Below, one piece after another: positions 39,870 through 49,875 of a DNA stretch of 64,000 bases; positions within the stretch are counted from its first letter, which is position 1, and each line of letters begins with the position of its first letter. The stretch is from contig JAFGDE010000012.1 of the NCBI GenBank assembly GCA_016932255.1, positions 58,049 through 122,048 on the forward strand. The letters run 5' to 3'. The notes under the pieces are model-generated. The model ran no database searches. It worked only from the letters and a program-made list of their open reading frames with translations, and was not told the origin of the DNA. The translations under genes and the position numbers were made by a program. This stretch comes from Candidatus Saganbacteria bacterium. GTDB lineage: Bacteria; Margulisbacteria; WOR-1; O2-12-FULL-45-9.

Positions 39870-40538
39870 CTACTTTAATAAATATACCGTAAAATCACCT
39901 GGATGATAATCATGCCGGATAATGAACCGGCTGCTGATAAAACGGCAAAAACTCATGATCTCCTCCGGTTTGAAATAATAATAACGTCCGGAATTCACGT
40001 CCTCCGGCACGCTGATCGGCAAAGCTCCCTCGCTCAGGAAATTAGCTGCCACTCCATGCTTAGCCAGGTCGGACATGCGTAGCAGCATTGCCTTGACGAA
40101 CTCGATATGGCTGCCGCTGTCCGTTGTCCTGATATTGAAAATACCCGAAGCCAAAATATAATCGAATTTCGGCACATGCCTGTCCTCCAGGATGTCCTTT
40201 AATTCGAACCTGGCCTCAGGATATTTCTTCCTGGCCACTTCCAGCAATTTTTCAGAGATATCATAGCCAGTGTAGCGGATCTTTTGACGGCCCAGCATTT
40301 TCTCCGACTTGAAGAAGCCGTAAAGATCGCCAAAACCGCAGCCCACGTCCAGCACCGAGATATTCGCCGCTTTTTGGGCGTAAATAAATATCTCCCTGAA
40401 GACCTGATATCTCAATTTCTGGCTTTCATTGCTGTTCCAGTCAAGCGCCAGGAAATTCTCACCATGCTTGGCCAGCAGGCCTTCGAAATACTCGATCTGT
40501 TTGCGTTTATCCGTCATACCGGTTCGGATAATTAGCAT
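39870..40538 (-). CDS. Class I SAM-dependent methyltransferase
   Basis: VLDVGCGFGDL motif I. ORF track extends to 40634, but a start at Met 40538 or 40517 is more plausible. Confidence 0.65.
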   Translation of the reverse strand: MLIIRTGMTDKRKQIEYFEGLLAKHGENFLALDWNSNESQKLRYQVFREIFIYAQKAANISVLDVGCGFGDLYGFFKSEKMLGRQKIRYTGYDISEKLLEVARKKYPEARFELKDILEDRHVPKFDYILASGIFNIRTTDSGSHIEFVKAMLLRMSDLAKHGVAANFLSEGALPISVPEDVNSGRYYYFKPEEIMSFCRFISSRFIIRHDYHPGDFTVYLLK

Positions 40539-40608
40539 ATCATTACTAATAACCGTTTTCAACGGAAAAAGTGAAATTAGAAGCGAAAAAACAGGATAAA
40601 CTAGCGGC

Positions 40609-41193
40609 ATGAGACACCTCGAAAAAATAGGCACTTGCTACAGCGGCCTGCTCAGCCCATCCAACAGCCGATACGGCCGGATTGTACTGGCCACTGCCGG
40701 CGCTTTGAGGCGCGTTAAGGCCAGCAAAACTCTTCAGCGGGTCATCCACAATGTCAATGACCCTCATTTCAGTAATTCCCCAGCCTATGCAATGCATTAT
40801 CTGGTCAAAGAGGATTTTGTCACTAACAGGGGTGTGATCAATGTCGGTCTGCGGCTGGCCAAACCTGAAAGTGAGGCGATCGAGTATCAGACAGCTCTTG
40901 ATACCCTGATCAGCATGGCCCGGGGCATTCACCGCCGGGTGCTGCTGCTGAGTTTTGGTTTGCAGGTCGCCCCAGAAATAGATACGCTCCGGCCCGACCA
41001 ATATGCGGCAATCCTGGCGGATATTTCGGAAAGACAGCAAGACCCGACTTTCAAAAACATTGCGGAGATCGGCCTGTCAGAAACCGCGGCTTTTCACGTT
41101 ATCAAAGGGCCGGAGGAAGCAAAGCAGCTGATCTATTCCATCCAGATGTTGGGCGAGGCGCCGACCTGGGCGCACTGGGAAAAAGTTCAGTAG
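40609..41193 (+). CDS. Hypothetical protein (194 aa), no recognisable domain
   Basis: Fills the gap between the methyltransferase and phosphoesterase genes; coding status uncertain. Confidence 0.3.
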   Translation: MRHLEKIGTCYSGLLSPSNSRYGRIVLATAGALRRVKASKTLQRVIHNVNDPHFSNSPAYAMHYLVKEDFVTNRGVINVGLRLAKPESEAIEYQTALDTLISMARGIHRRVLLLSFGLQVAPEIDTLRPDQYAAILADISERQQDPTFKNIAEIGLSETAAFHVIKGPEEAKQLIYSIQMLGEAPTWAHWEKVQ

Positions 41194-41999
41194 CCGGCCG
41201 CAGCAGCCTGGTCAAGTGCCACGTTCCTGCCTGCCGGGACACCGTCCTGAAGTATTACCACGCCAAACGAGTTATTTACATTACTATGCAGGATAAAGTG
41301 GTTCAGTCCGTTGAACGGCCGATAGAGCCAGCCAGCGTCCATATTTGGCGTATGGCCGGACAACAGATATGTATTGGCCGGCCCGCCCCGGAGACCCAGA
41401 CGGGCGATCGTCGCAATGACATCTGCCTCAGTGTATTTGTCGCTTGAGCCGATCCTGGCCACATGTGAGTTCCATATTAACTGTTGCATCAAACCATTCG
41501 TCCGGGCATTGACCAGTTCCGCCTGAGTCACTCCGCCCCTGATCACCGCAGAGTGAGCCAGGAAGCTGGAACCGCGCGAACCCTCAACAATGGCAGCCAA
41601 AGGGCAACCATCAAAGAACGATTGATAAGCCGCTCTCACCCGGCTGATATCCTGAGGCGAATAGCCCAAATCCTCAAAGAACTGCTGCAGATGGTCATTG
41701 AACATCATGGTCTGCATTACGCCATGTTTAATAATCAAACGATTAGGATCGTTCGGCCTAATCTCGTCATGATTGCCCAACAACAGATTGACCCTATCAG
41801 GAAACAGCTGTTTCAACCTGATGATCGTGTTCAGGGCTTCAAGTGACGAGCGCATGTCTCTAAGATTGTTCTCGCCTTCCGGATGGATGATATCGCCTAA
41901 AAAGAGGAGGGATATTTCACCGGCCGCCAGGCGCGGGCCGAATTCCTGAAGGATCCGCTCTAACCTGTCCGTATTACCGTGCAGGTCGCCGATGACCAC
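41187..41999 (-). CDS. Calcineurin-like metallophosphoesterase
   Basis: VIGDLHGN, GDIIHPEG and GNHD motifs; GTG start. Confidence 0.75.
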   Translation of the reverse strand: MVIGDLHGNTDRLERILQEFGPRLAAGEISLLFLGDIIHPEGENNLRDMRSSLEALNTIIRLKQLFPDRVNLLLGNHDEIRPNDPNRLIIKHGVMQTMMFNDHLQQFFEDLGYSPQDISRVRAAYQSFFDGCPLAAIVEGSRGSSFLAHSAVIRGGVTQAELVNARTNGLMQQLIWNSHVARIGSSDKYTEADVIATIARLGLRGGPANTYLLSGHTPNMDAGWLYRPFNGLNHFILHSNVNNSFGVVILQDGVPAGRNVALDQAAAAGY

Positions 42000-42389
42000 T
42001 GTTTCTTTTTCCGGGCTGAGACGGACCAGCGCTCCCTCGCGGCTGAAGAACCGGCCGTTATAGCTGATCTCATTGGCCAGCTGCTGATTGAACAGTAAAA
42101 ATTCATTGAGCGACAGGGGTCGGAACAGATTCTGGACGGTTAGTTTAGGATATCCCCGGGAGACCTGGTGTCTGGCGCCAATGCTAAAAAAAACTCTTGA
42201 CGCTGTTCAGCATCCTGGTACCCAGCGGTTGAATTGGTCTAGCTACGTTACCTTGTGCCATATAATGCTCCTCTCACGCCTCTGGGGCGGGAGTCATCTA
42301 CCATATATATCGGAATTCTATGCCGGAAACTTGAGCGAAATTCTGAAATTTATAATGTTATTTTAAGAAAAAGTATTGGTGATAATGCT

Positions 42390-42824
42390 ATGACCATCGA
42401 TCCAGTCAGCGGAAAAAGCAGCAGCCGAACGCCCGGCAACAGGCGTTTTGGTTCATATTTTTGCCGTATCGACCATAAAAATAGATTTTCTATGCCTGTG
42501 GCTATCAGGCATAATCTGCCGGGGACCGAGCTGGTGCTTGTTCCCAGCCTGAACCGTTTCACCAATAAGAAGGTCCTGCGGGTTTTTTCTTTGACCGAAT
42601 GGGAAAAAATGATCGATAATTTGAGACCTGAAGAGCGCGATATCTATATCGCCCATAGCCAACTGGCTGAACTGGATAAGATCGGCCGTCTCAGGATACC
42701 GAACGATGTCATGCAACGCCTGGAATTCAGGCCGAGTTCAGAGCTGGCCGTGATCCAGGATACGAACCATATAAGGGTCATGCCAAAAAGCGATTTCCAG
42801 TCCATACCCCTGCCGACCCTCTGA
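42390..42824 (+). CDS. MraZ-like tandem SpoVT/AbrB-domain protein
   Basis: Two repeats with the MraZ-type motif (FCRIDHKNRFSMPVAIRHNL and LDKIGRLRIPNDVMQRL). Start taken at ATG 42390. Confidence 0.5.
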   Translation: MTIDPVSGKSSSRTPGNRRFGSYFCRIDHKNRFSMPVAIRHNLPGTELVLVPSLNRFTNKKVLRVFSLTEWEKMIDNLRPEERDIYIAHSQLAELDKIGRLRIPNDVMQRLEFRPSSELAVIQDTNHIRVMPKSDFQSIPLPTL

Positions 42825-42850
42825 GATATATATTGTCAGATAATATTTTG

Positions 42851-42868
42851 TGCTATAATATCGCCATG
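42851..42868 (+). promoter_or_regulatory. Extended -10 (TGcTATAAT 42851-59) 6 nt before ATG 42866; probable leaderless start
   Basis: Same geometry as the rarA promoter. Confidence 0.4.
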
Positions 42869-43498
42869 ATAAAAAGAACTTTAGTTTTTTTGCTGCTCAT
42901 TTCGCTTCTGCCCCTGCCCGCTCTGGCACAGGACCAGGCTGACCAGGAATATATCAATAAACTGAAATACCAGCGCAATAAACTGACGCTGGTGGTCAAA
43001 CAGCGGGAGGTCGATGAGCGCCGCAGCTACAGTTACACGGACATCGACACTTATACTTACTCTTATGAAGCCTACAGCCATAGTTCGACCGATATCTCGA
43101 CCACGGGTTATGACCGCTCAGAGAAAAAAGAGATCACCGACTGGTACATATATAAAGGTGATATCAGGAAGCTGTCTGACACGGAATTCCTGGCCCTGGT
43201 CGGCGACCAAAAGAAACTGGACTACGTCCTTCAGGAGGAGGAAGCAAAAGGCCGGATGCGCCTGATCGGTAATATCTTTATCGGCGGTGGCCTGCTCGTA
43301 ATGCTGGGAGGGGCCGCAGCCTCAGCTCCGGAAGGCACAACAACGGCCGGAGCGCTGGGCATGACCGCGGGATTCTTCATCAACGCCTTCAATATGTCGC
43401 CGCAGCACTACATCGAACCTGATTACGCCCAGGAAAAGATGGACGAATATAATTTCAAGCTCAAGCAGGAGCTTGGCCTGCCGCTCAATTACAACTGA
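42866..43498 (+). CDS. Hypothetical exported protein with C-terminal hydrophobic anchor
   Basis: Signal peptide MIKRTLVFLLLISLLPLPALA; Tyr/Ser/Thr-rich segment; C-terminal TM-like GGGLLVMLGGAAASA. Confidence 0.5.
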   Translation: MIKRTLVFLLLISLLPLPALAQDQADQEYINKLKYQRNKLTLVVKQREVDERRSYSYTDIDTYTYSYEAYSHSSTDISTTGYDRSEKKEITDWYIYKGDIRKLSDTEFLALVGDQKKLDYVLQEEEAKGRMRLIGNIFIGGGLLVMLGGAAASAPEGTTTAGALGMTAGFFINAFNMSPQHYIEPDYAQEKMDEYNFKLKQELGLPLNYN

Positions 43499-43499
43499 T

Positions 43500-44528
43500 C
43501 TAGATCAGTTTGTCCGTGATCATCTTTTGAGCGATCAGGACAGCGTTGAGCGCGGCGCCGCGGCGCAGGTTATCTGAAACGATCCACATATCAATGCCGT
43601 TCTCCTGGGAAATATCCTCGCGAATACGGCCGACAAAGGTCTCATTCCTGCCTTCGCACTCGATCGGCGTCGGATAAATGCCTTTAGCCGGATCATCCAT
43701 GACCACGCAGGTCGGAAAGCTGCCTATCAGCTTCCTGACCTCGGCTATTGATATTTTCTTTCTGGTCTTGACATTGACCGTTTCCGAATGGCCGATAGCC
43801 ACGGGTACGCGCACGCAGGTAGCCGTGACCTGGATATTATCGTCCTCAAAGATCTTCCTGGTCTCGTCATACATCTTCATTTCTTCTTTGGTATAGCCGT
43901 TGTCAGTGAACTGATCAATCTGCGGCACGCAGTTGAAAGCTATCTGCTTAAAGATATATTTCGCCTCGACCCTGGCCCTGGGATCGGCCAGCAGTTTCTT
44001 GGTCTGGTCGTACATCTCGGCGATCGCTTCTTTGCCCCAGCCGGAGGTCGATTGATAGGTCGAGACCACGATCCGCTCGATGCCGGCCTTATCATAGATC
44101 GGTTTGAGCGGCAGGACCATTTGGGCGGTCGAGCAGTTCGGGTTGGCGATAATGCCTTTATGGCGTTTGATCGCCTGCGGATTGACCTCGGGCACGACCA
44201 GTGGCACACTGGGATCCATGCGGAACTGGCTGGTGTTATCAATGACCACGCAGCCGGCTTTGGCAGCTTCGGGCGCAAAGACCTTTGATACTTTAGCGCC
44301 GGCCGAGAACAGGCCGATCTGCATGTCTTTGAACGATCCGGGTTTAGCTTCCTCAACAGTGTATTCTTTACCCCTGAAAGTGACCTTGCTGCCGGCAGTC
44401 CTCTCGGAAGCCAGCGGCAGGAAACGCGCGACAGGGAAGTTCTGCTCCTCAAGTATTTTGATCATCTCTTTACCGACCATGCCGGTAGCGCCGAGAACAC
44501 AAACGTTGTAATTATTGGCCATTCTCAC
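43500..44528 (-). CDS. asd: Aspartate-semialdehyde dehydrogenase
   Basis: 342 aa; Rossmann VLGATGMVG and the catalytic Cys region. Confidence 0.9.
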   Translation of the reverse strand: MRMANNYNVCVLGATGMVGKEMIKILEEQNFPVARFLPLASERTAGSKVTFRGKEYTVEEAKPGSFKDMQIGLFSAGAKVSKVFAPEAAKAGCVVIDNTSQFRMDPSVPLVVPEVNPQAIKRHKGIIANPNCSTAQMVLPLKPIYDKAGIERIVVSTYQSTSGWGKEAIAEMYDQTKKLLADPRARVEAKYIFKQIAFNCVPQIDQFTDNGYTKEEMKMYDETRKIFEDDNIQVTATCVRVPVAIGHSETVNVKTRKKISIAEVRKLIGSFPTCVVMDDPAKGIYPTPIECEGRNETFVGRIREDISQENGIDMWIVSDNLRRGAALNAVLIAQKMITDKLI

Positions 44529-44599
44529 TCCTCCTTAACAAAAAGAACCATGACCCAAAGGCCGCTGGTTCCTTTATTCAGGAAAATTATAGCATAATG

Positions 44600-44608
44600 T
44601 GGTATAAT
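44600..44608 (+). promoter_or_regulatory. Extended -10 TGgTATAAT 12 nt before the gmhA ATG
   Basis: Read directly. Confidence 0.35.
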
Positions 44609-44620
44609 TGCCAATCTGAC

Positions 44621-45193
44621 ATGCAGGAAATCATTAAAAAAGAACTTCAGGCCGGTATAAGTCTTAAGCAACAGGTGCTCAACGACCTGGTGCCGCAGAT
44701 AGAACAAGCCGCTAAAATCATTATCGGGGCGCTTAAAAAGGGCAATAAGATCATGCTCTTCGGCAACGGCGGTTCAGCCGCCGATGCCCAGCACCTGGCA
44801 GGTGAATTGGTCGGCCGTTTTCTCAAGGACCGATCTGCCCTGCCGGCAATTGCATTATCTACGGACACTTCCGTATTGACATGTCTGGCCAATGATTTCG
44901 GCTATGAGACAGTATTTGCCCGCCAGATCGAAGCTTTGGCCAAGCCAGGGGACATTGCTTTTGGCCTGTCCACCTCAGGTAATTCTCTTAACGTAATGCT
45001 GGCCTTGGAAAAAGCCGAACAGATCGGCTGTAAAACGATCGGTCTGCTGGGCAAGGACGGCGGCAAGATCGCCGGAAAAGTCGACCTGGCACTGACGGTC
45101 AGGAGCCAGGCCACACCCCGGGTCCAGGAATGCCATATTACTATAGGCCATATTATCTGCGGGCTGGTAGAACAGGAGATCTTTGCCAAGTGA
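44621..45193 (+). CDS. gmhA: D-sedoheptulose 7-phosphate isomerase (SIS domain)
   Basis: Aligns from MQEIIKKELQ with E. coli GmhA; GNGGSAADAQH and STSGNS motifs. Start moved from 44597 to 44621. Confidence 0.85.
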   Translation: MQEIIKKELQAGISLKQQVLNDLVPQIEQAAKIIIGALKKGNKIMLFGNGGSAADAQHLAGELVGRFLKDRSALPAIALSTDTSVLTCLANDFGYETVFARQIEALAKPGDIAFGLSTSGNSLNVMLALEKAEQIGCKTIGLLGKDGGKIAGKVDLALTVRSQATPRVQECHITIGHIICGLVEQEIFAK

Positions 45194-45753
45194 ATAAGGC
45201 AGTTTTTCTTGACCGTGACGGCACCATCGTAAATGATATCGGTTACATGAATTCCCCTGAACAGCTACAATTCATTCCGGGTTCGATCGCAGCGATCAAA
45301 AAGCTCAATGAAGCCGGCTACAAAGTCGTGGTCATCACCAACCAGTCAGGCGTTGCCCGGGGATTGATCACCGAGGATATGCTGCAGACCATTGACAAGA
45401 CCATGCATAAGAAAATCCTTAGCGGCGGCGCTCATCTCGACGGTATTTATTATTGCCCGCATCATCCGGAGCATGGCGTTTACCCCTACAAACAGGTCTG
45501 CGAATGCCGCAAGCCCCATCCCGGCCTGATCAAGCAAGCCGAGCGTGAGCTGGGTCTGGACCTGAAGTATTCCTTCATGATCGGTGACAAAGCCACTGAC
45601 ATCGAGGCAGGCAAACGCGCCGGCACCAGGACCATCATGGTCATGAGCGGCCGGGGCCAGCAGGAAAGGCAGAAGCTCAAGCAACAGCCTGATTATATAG
45701 CCGCTGATCTGAGCCGCGCCGTCAACTGGCTGCTGGAACAGAAGAATAGTTGA
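45190..45753 (+). CDS. gmhB: D-glycero-D-manno-heptose 1,7-bisphosphate phosphatase (HAD-IIIA)
   Basis: FLDRDGT HAD motif I and Zn-binding CxH...CxC. GTG start overlapping the gmhA TGA (GTGA). Confidence 0.8.
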   Translation: MNKAVFLDRDGTIVNDIGYMNSPEQLQFIPGSIAAIKKLNEAGYKVVVITNQSGVARGLITEDMLQTIDKTMHKKILSGGAHLDGIYYCPHHPEHGVYPYKQVCECRKPHPGLIKQAERELGLDLKYSFMIGDKATDIEAGKRAGTRTIMVMSGRGQQERQKLKQQPDYIAADLSRAVNWLLEQKNS

Positions 45754-45796
45754 TTTTTCTGGCGCAGCTGCCCAAATTAAGCTATAATTATCTGTC

Positions 45797-47248
45797 ATGG
45801 AAAATCTCAAACTGCTCATTCCCAAATTAAAGGGCAAAAAGATCCTTGTCTTTGGGGACCTGATGCTGGATGAACATATCTGGAGCAAGGTTGAGCGGAT
45901 CTCCCCCGAAGCCCCGGTACCGGTCGCTGACGTTTCCCGGATCACTCATGTACCCGGCGGCTGCGGCAACGTGGCGGTCAACATCGCCGCCCTGGGCGGC
46001 ATTCCCTACCTGGTCGGGATCATCGGCCGGGACAGTTCCGGAGAAAAACTGAAAAAGGCCCTGAAACAGGCTTTTGTGCCTGTCCAACACCTGGTCCTGG
46101 AGCCTTCGCGGCCAACGATCCTCAAATCAAGGATCATTGCCGCTTCGCAGCACGTGGTCCGTGTCGACCGTGAAGACAGGACAGAACTTTCCCCTGCCCT
46201 GCTCAAACGTCTGAGTTCTAAACTGAAACAGCTGATCACTGCTGTCGACGCAGTGATAATTTCCGATTACGCCAAAGGCGCGGTCAATCATCAAACTGCT
46301 CAATTAGCTATTTCCCTGGCAAAGAAGCATAAAAAGTTCGCGGCGGTCGACCCTAAAGGCAGCAGCTACGCCCGCTACCGCGGCGCCTCGATCATCACGC
46401 CGAACCTCAAAGAAGCCGGGGAAGCCTCCGGCCTGGCCATAACTGACGCCGAGAGCGCGGCCCGGGCCGGCAAGGCCCTCCTGAAAAAGTGCCGCAGCGA
46501 TAACATACTTATCACCCGCGGCGGCGAAGGCATGTCGCTTTTCTCTGCCAGGGAAACCGTCAATATCCCGGCCGTGCCGCGCGAGGTCTTTGATATTACC
46601 GGAGCCGGCGACACGGTGATCAGTACGCTAGCTCTGGCCATGGCAGCCGGCGCCCGGATCAAACAGGCCTGCCTGCTGGCTAATACGGCGGCTGCGGTCG
46701 TTGTGGGCAAGATCAGCACTGCACCCTGTTTCCGCGAGGAGCTGGAAGAAGCCCTGGAAGGGCACGAACCTATAACCAGAAAGATCAAGCTGCGGCAGGA
46801 ACTTAAGGCTATCGTCCAGAATCTAAAGAATGACGGCGCCAGGATCGTCTTTACCAATGGCTGCTTTGATATATTGCATCTCGGCCATGTCCGTTACCTG
46901 CGCGAAGCCAAGCGCCTGGGTGACACGCTGATCGTGGGCCTGAACAGCGACGATTCGGTCAGGGCGCTGAAAGGCAGGGACCGGCCCTATGTTTCCGAAC
47001 TGGAACGGGCCGAGATCCTGGCCTCGCTGGAATGCGTCGATTATGTGACGATCTTCAGCGAACTGCGGCCCGATAACCTTATCAAGGTGGTTAAACCTGA
47101 CATTCATGTCAAAGGCGGCGATTATAAAATTGGCCAATTGCCCGAAAAAAAACTGGTCGAAAAGCTCGGCGGCAAGGTCGTGGTCATCCCGCCGATCAAG
47201 GGCCGCTCAACGACCAATATCGTTGAAAGGATACTATCAGGAAAATGA
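45797..47248 (+). CDS. hldE: Bifunctional D-beta-D-heptose 7-phosphate kinase / heptose 1-phosphate adenylyltransferase
   Basis: 483 aa; N-terminal ribokinase-like domain and C-terminal cytidylyltransferase TNGCFDILHLGH. Confidence 0.9.
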   Translation: MENLKLLIPKLKGKKILVFGDLMLDEHIWSKVERISPEAPVPVADVSRITHVPGGCGNVAVNIAALGGIPYLVGIIGRDSSGEKLKKALKQAFVPVQHLVLEPSRPTILKSRIIAASQHVVRVDREDRTELSPALLKRLSSKLKQLITAVDAVIISDYAKGAVNHQTAQLAISLAKKHKKFAAVDPKGSSYARYRGASIITPNLKEAGEASGLAITDAESAARAGKALLKKCRSDNILITRGGEGMSLFSARETVNIPAVPREVFDITGAGDTVISTLALAMAAGARIKQACLLANTAAAVVVGKISTAPCFREELEEALEGHEPITRKIKLRQELKAIVQNLKNDGARIVFTNGCFDILHLGHVRYLREAKRLGDTLIVGLNSDDSVRALKGRDRPYVSELERAEILASLECVDYVTIFSELRPDNLIKVVKPDIHVKGGDYKIGQLPEKKLVEKLGGKVVVIPPIKGRSTTNIVERILSGK

Positions 47249-47853
47249 AAAATTATAGATCTGTTATTATATTGCTGATCGCATCACTGATCCTGAGCAG
47301 CGCGGCAGGCGCCTGGCGCATCAGCAGGGAACTCCAGCAGGAGCTTGAAGAAAAAAAAGCCGCGGTGACCAAAGAACCTGACAGCGCGGACGCCTTGTTC
47401 GATCTGGCCGTCACACAAGCCTATACCAATTACCTGATCGACGGGATGAGCACGATCAAAAAGATCCCTGAGGCTGATCCCACATATAAAGAAAAAGCCC
47501 TGACCAAATATATCATCCTGGTGACAGAGAAACCGGGCGACTGGAAACTGCGTTTCAGGCTGGCTTTCGCTTATTACTTCAACGATGACCGGGATGACGC
47601 CATCAGGGAGTTCGAGAACGTTCTTAAGATCGATCCTTACAATGTCTGGGCCTACGGTTATCTTGCCCTGCTCTATGGCGAGATTGGCGACGTTGACAAA
47701 GCTATGGAAACAACCCGCGCGGGCCTGAAGATCGACAGCAACGTCGCGGCCCTGCACCTGCTCCTCTCGGAAGGCTACTATAAAAAGGGCGACGCCTGGA
47801 ACGGCTTTTTTGAAAGGATGGAGGCGCTGCGCCTGAAAGCCCTGGGCTATTGA
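47245..47853 (+). CDS. Secreted TPR-repeat protein
   Basis: Signal peptide plus TPR-like repeats; 4-nt overlap with hldE. Confidence 0.55.
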   Translation: MKNYRSVIILLIASLILSSAAGAWRISRELQQELEEKKAAVTKEPDSADALFDLAVTQAYTNYLIDGMSTIKKIPEADPTYKEKALTKYIILVTEKPGDWKLRFRLAFAYYFNDDRDDAIREFENVLKIDPYNVWAYGYLALLYGEIGDVDKAMETTRAGLKIDSNVAALHLLLSEGYYKKGDAWNGFFERMEALRLKALGY

Positions 47854-47854
47854 A

Positions 47855-48877
47855 ATGAAGCTGTCTTACCGCATCATCCTGATCGTAGCGGCTGTTTTTT
47901 TGATCGGCATCTTCCTTTGGGCCGTCTTTTCTCCCAAACAGGAAATATCCGAGCGCATCTATGAAACACTGAAAGAACAGGAAAAAAGGGCCGACTTGTC
48001 CTTTAAGGATGTCGTCTTTGAAGAGGTAGTGGCCGGCATCCGCTACTGGCAGCTCAACGCCAAGAGCGCTGCGGTCAACAATTCGACCAAGATCGCAACG
48101 CTCAAGACCGCCCGGGGCACGTTCTTCAAGAACGGCAAAGCCGTGCTGCGCTTCAGGTCGCCAGCCGCTCTCTGGGACATGAAGGAAAAGGAGATCCTGC
48201 TGGACGATCCGCTCGGTTACGACGTCAATCTGGACAACAAGATCAACAGCTTGGTCAAGGAGCTTAAAGATTCCCGGTTCTCCATCTTCAACCTGCCCCG
48301 CCTCTACCAAAAAAGCCTGGGTTACTGGTTCCAGGCCAATAATCTGAGCTGGAAATTATCGGATCAGAAGCTGCTTTGCACCGGCGGTATCATCCTGAAC
48401 AAAGGCGAGGTCACCGGTTATGCCCAGAAGCTTCAGGGTGACGTTGCCCTGGAAAAGATCAAACTGGAAGGCAAACCAAAACTGGAGATAACCCCGGAGA
48501 ACAGCGCGACGATCACCCTGGAAGCCGAGGTCTTTGAGGTCCTGAGCACTGAGGACTTGATCCTAGCTTACGGCCAGCCGCTCATTTCCTGGCGTTCGGC
48601 CCATATCTGGTGCAACAAATTGACCTATGACCAACGCAACAACCAGCTCAAGCTCGAGGGCAATATCCGGATAGAGTACGGCGACATCCGCGCCTGGGGC
48701 AATTCAGCAGATTACCAGACAGACAAGGCACAGATCATCCTTTCCGGCCGAGCCCGCGCAGAGCAGGCCGACAATAAACTAACAGGTGACAAAGTGCTTG
48801 TCTCATTAAATGACAGGACCATTTCCCTGCTGGGCCAGGGCAAGGTCGTGATCAAAGAAGAGGACCTGAAGCGATGA
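47855..48877 (+). CDS. LptC/LptA (OstA-like) family protein, double length
   Basis: N-terminal TM anchor followed by ~310 aa of beta-jellyroll-like OstA repeats, roughly twice the size of LptC. Confidence 0.45.
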   Translation: MKLSYRIILIVAAVFLIGIFLWAVFSPKQEISERIYETLKEQEKRADLSFKDVVFEEVVAGIRYWQLNAKSAAVNNSTKIATLKTARGTFFKNGKAVLRFRSPAALWDMKEKEILLDDPLGYDVNLDNKINSLVKELKDSRFSIFNLPRLYQKSLGYWFQANNLSWKLSDQKLLCTGGIILNKGEVTGYAQKLQGDVALEKIKLEGKPKLEITPENSATITLEAEVFEVLSTEDLILAYGQPLISWRSAHIWCNKLTYDQRNNQLKLEGNIRIEYGDIRAWGNSADYQTDKAQIILSGRARAEQADNKLTGDKVLVSLNDRTISLLGQGKVVIKEEDLKR

Positions 48878-49875
48878 CCACCCAGGTCAAGGCAAGACCA
48901 AAGCCTCAACTAGCAAAAAAGGCCGAACGGCCGGACCTGTTCGATCTAATCATCGTTGGCGGCGGGCCAGCCGGCATGACAGCCGCGCTCTACGCTTGCC
49001 GTTCCAGGCTCAAGGTCCTGATGATCGAGAAGATGATCCTGGGCGGCCAGGCGACCACGACATTCTTCATCGAGAACTATCCCGGCTTCCCCGAAGGCAT
49101 CTCCGGCATGGACCTGGGCAACCGCATGCAGGACCAGGTCAGGCGGCTCGGCCTGGACATCGTCTGGGGCAATGCCACTTCTCTTGAGAACAAGAAAGAC
49201 CATCGCGAGATCACGGTCGACAACAAGATCTTCAACGCCAAAAGTGTGATCATCGCCACCGGCACTGAAGCCGCCAGGCTGGGAGTGCCGGGAGAAGAGG
49301 ATCTGCGCGGCCGGGGAGTGTCTTACTGCGCCACCTGCGATGGGCCTTTTTACAAGGACAAGAACATCATGGTCGTGGGCGGCGGCAACTCAGCTATTGA
49401 GGAAGCGCTGTTCCTGACCCGTTACGCCAAGAAGATCTCAGTGGTCCACCGCCGCGATGAATTGCGAGCTGACAAGATCCTGGGCGAGCGCGCCCTGGCC
49501 GATCCCAAGATATATTTCTTCTGGCACTCGGTCGTCGAAGCGATCAAAGGCGACAAAACCGTTTCAGAGGTCGTGCTCAAGGACAAGAACAGCAATAAAA
49601 AGCTCAAAGTACCGGTGGACGGTGTCTTCATCTATATCGGCAGCAAACCGAACTCAGAGCTTGTCAAAGGCGCTGTCAAACTTGATAAGAACGGTTTTAT
49701 CGTGACCGACAATGAGATGAAGACCTCGATCCCGGGTATTTTTGCCGCGGGCGATGTCCGCGCCAAATCACTGCGTCAGATCGTGACCGCTGCTGCCGAT
49801 GGGGCGATCGCAGCCGAGGCCGCCAGAAAATCCATTGAACAAGGACCGAAAAAGAAAAGGAACAAATATAAATAA
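48874..49875 (+). CDS. trxB: Thioredoxin-disulfide reductase
   Basis: GGGPAG FAD motif, redox-active CATCDG, GGGNSA NADPH motif. Confidence 0.9.
   Translation: MTTQVKARPKPQLAKKAERPDLFDLIIVGGGPAGMTAALYACRSRLKVLMIEKMILGGQATTTFFIENYPGFPEGISGMDLGNRMQDQVRRLGLDIVWGNATSLENKKDHREITVDNKIFNAKSVIIATGTEAARLGVPGEEDLRGRGVSYCATCDGPFYKDKNIMVVGGGNSAIEEALFLTRYAKKISVVHRRDELRADKILGERALADPKIYFFWHSVVEAIKGDKTVSEVVLKDKNSNKKLKVPVDGVFIYIGSKPNSELVKGAVKLDKNGFIVTDNEMKTSIPGIFAAGDVRAKSLRQIVTAAADGAIAAEAARKSIEQGPKKKRNKYK

Noticed and set aside
40546-41040. 164-aa minus-strand ORF overlapping the 40609-41193 hypothetical
   Set aside because: No motif. The plus-strand ORF fills the inter-gene gap exactly, so it is preferred, though with low confidence.
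42000-42389. 390-nt non-coding stretch searched for tRNA, tmRNA or riboswitch features, including ORF 42088-42366
   Set aside because: No T-loop/GTTCRA box, acceptor-stem symmetry or known riboswitch core visible. It is more likely promoter/UTR DNA for the MraZ-like gene, and the 92-aa ORF has no support.
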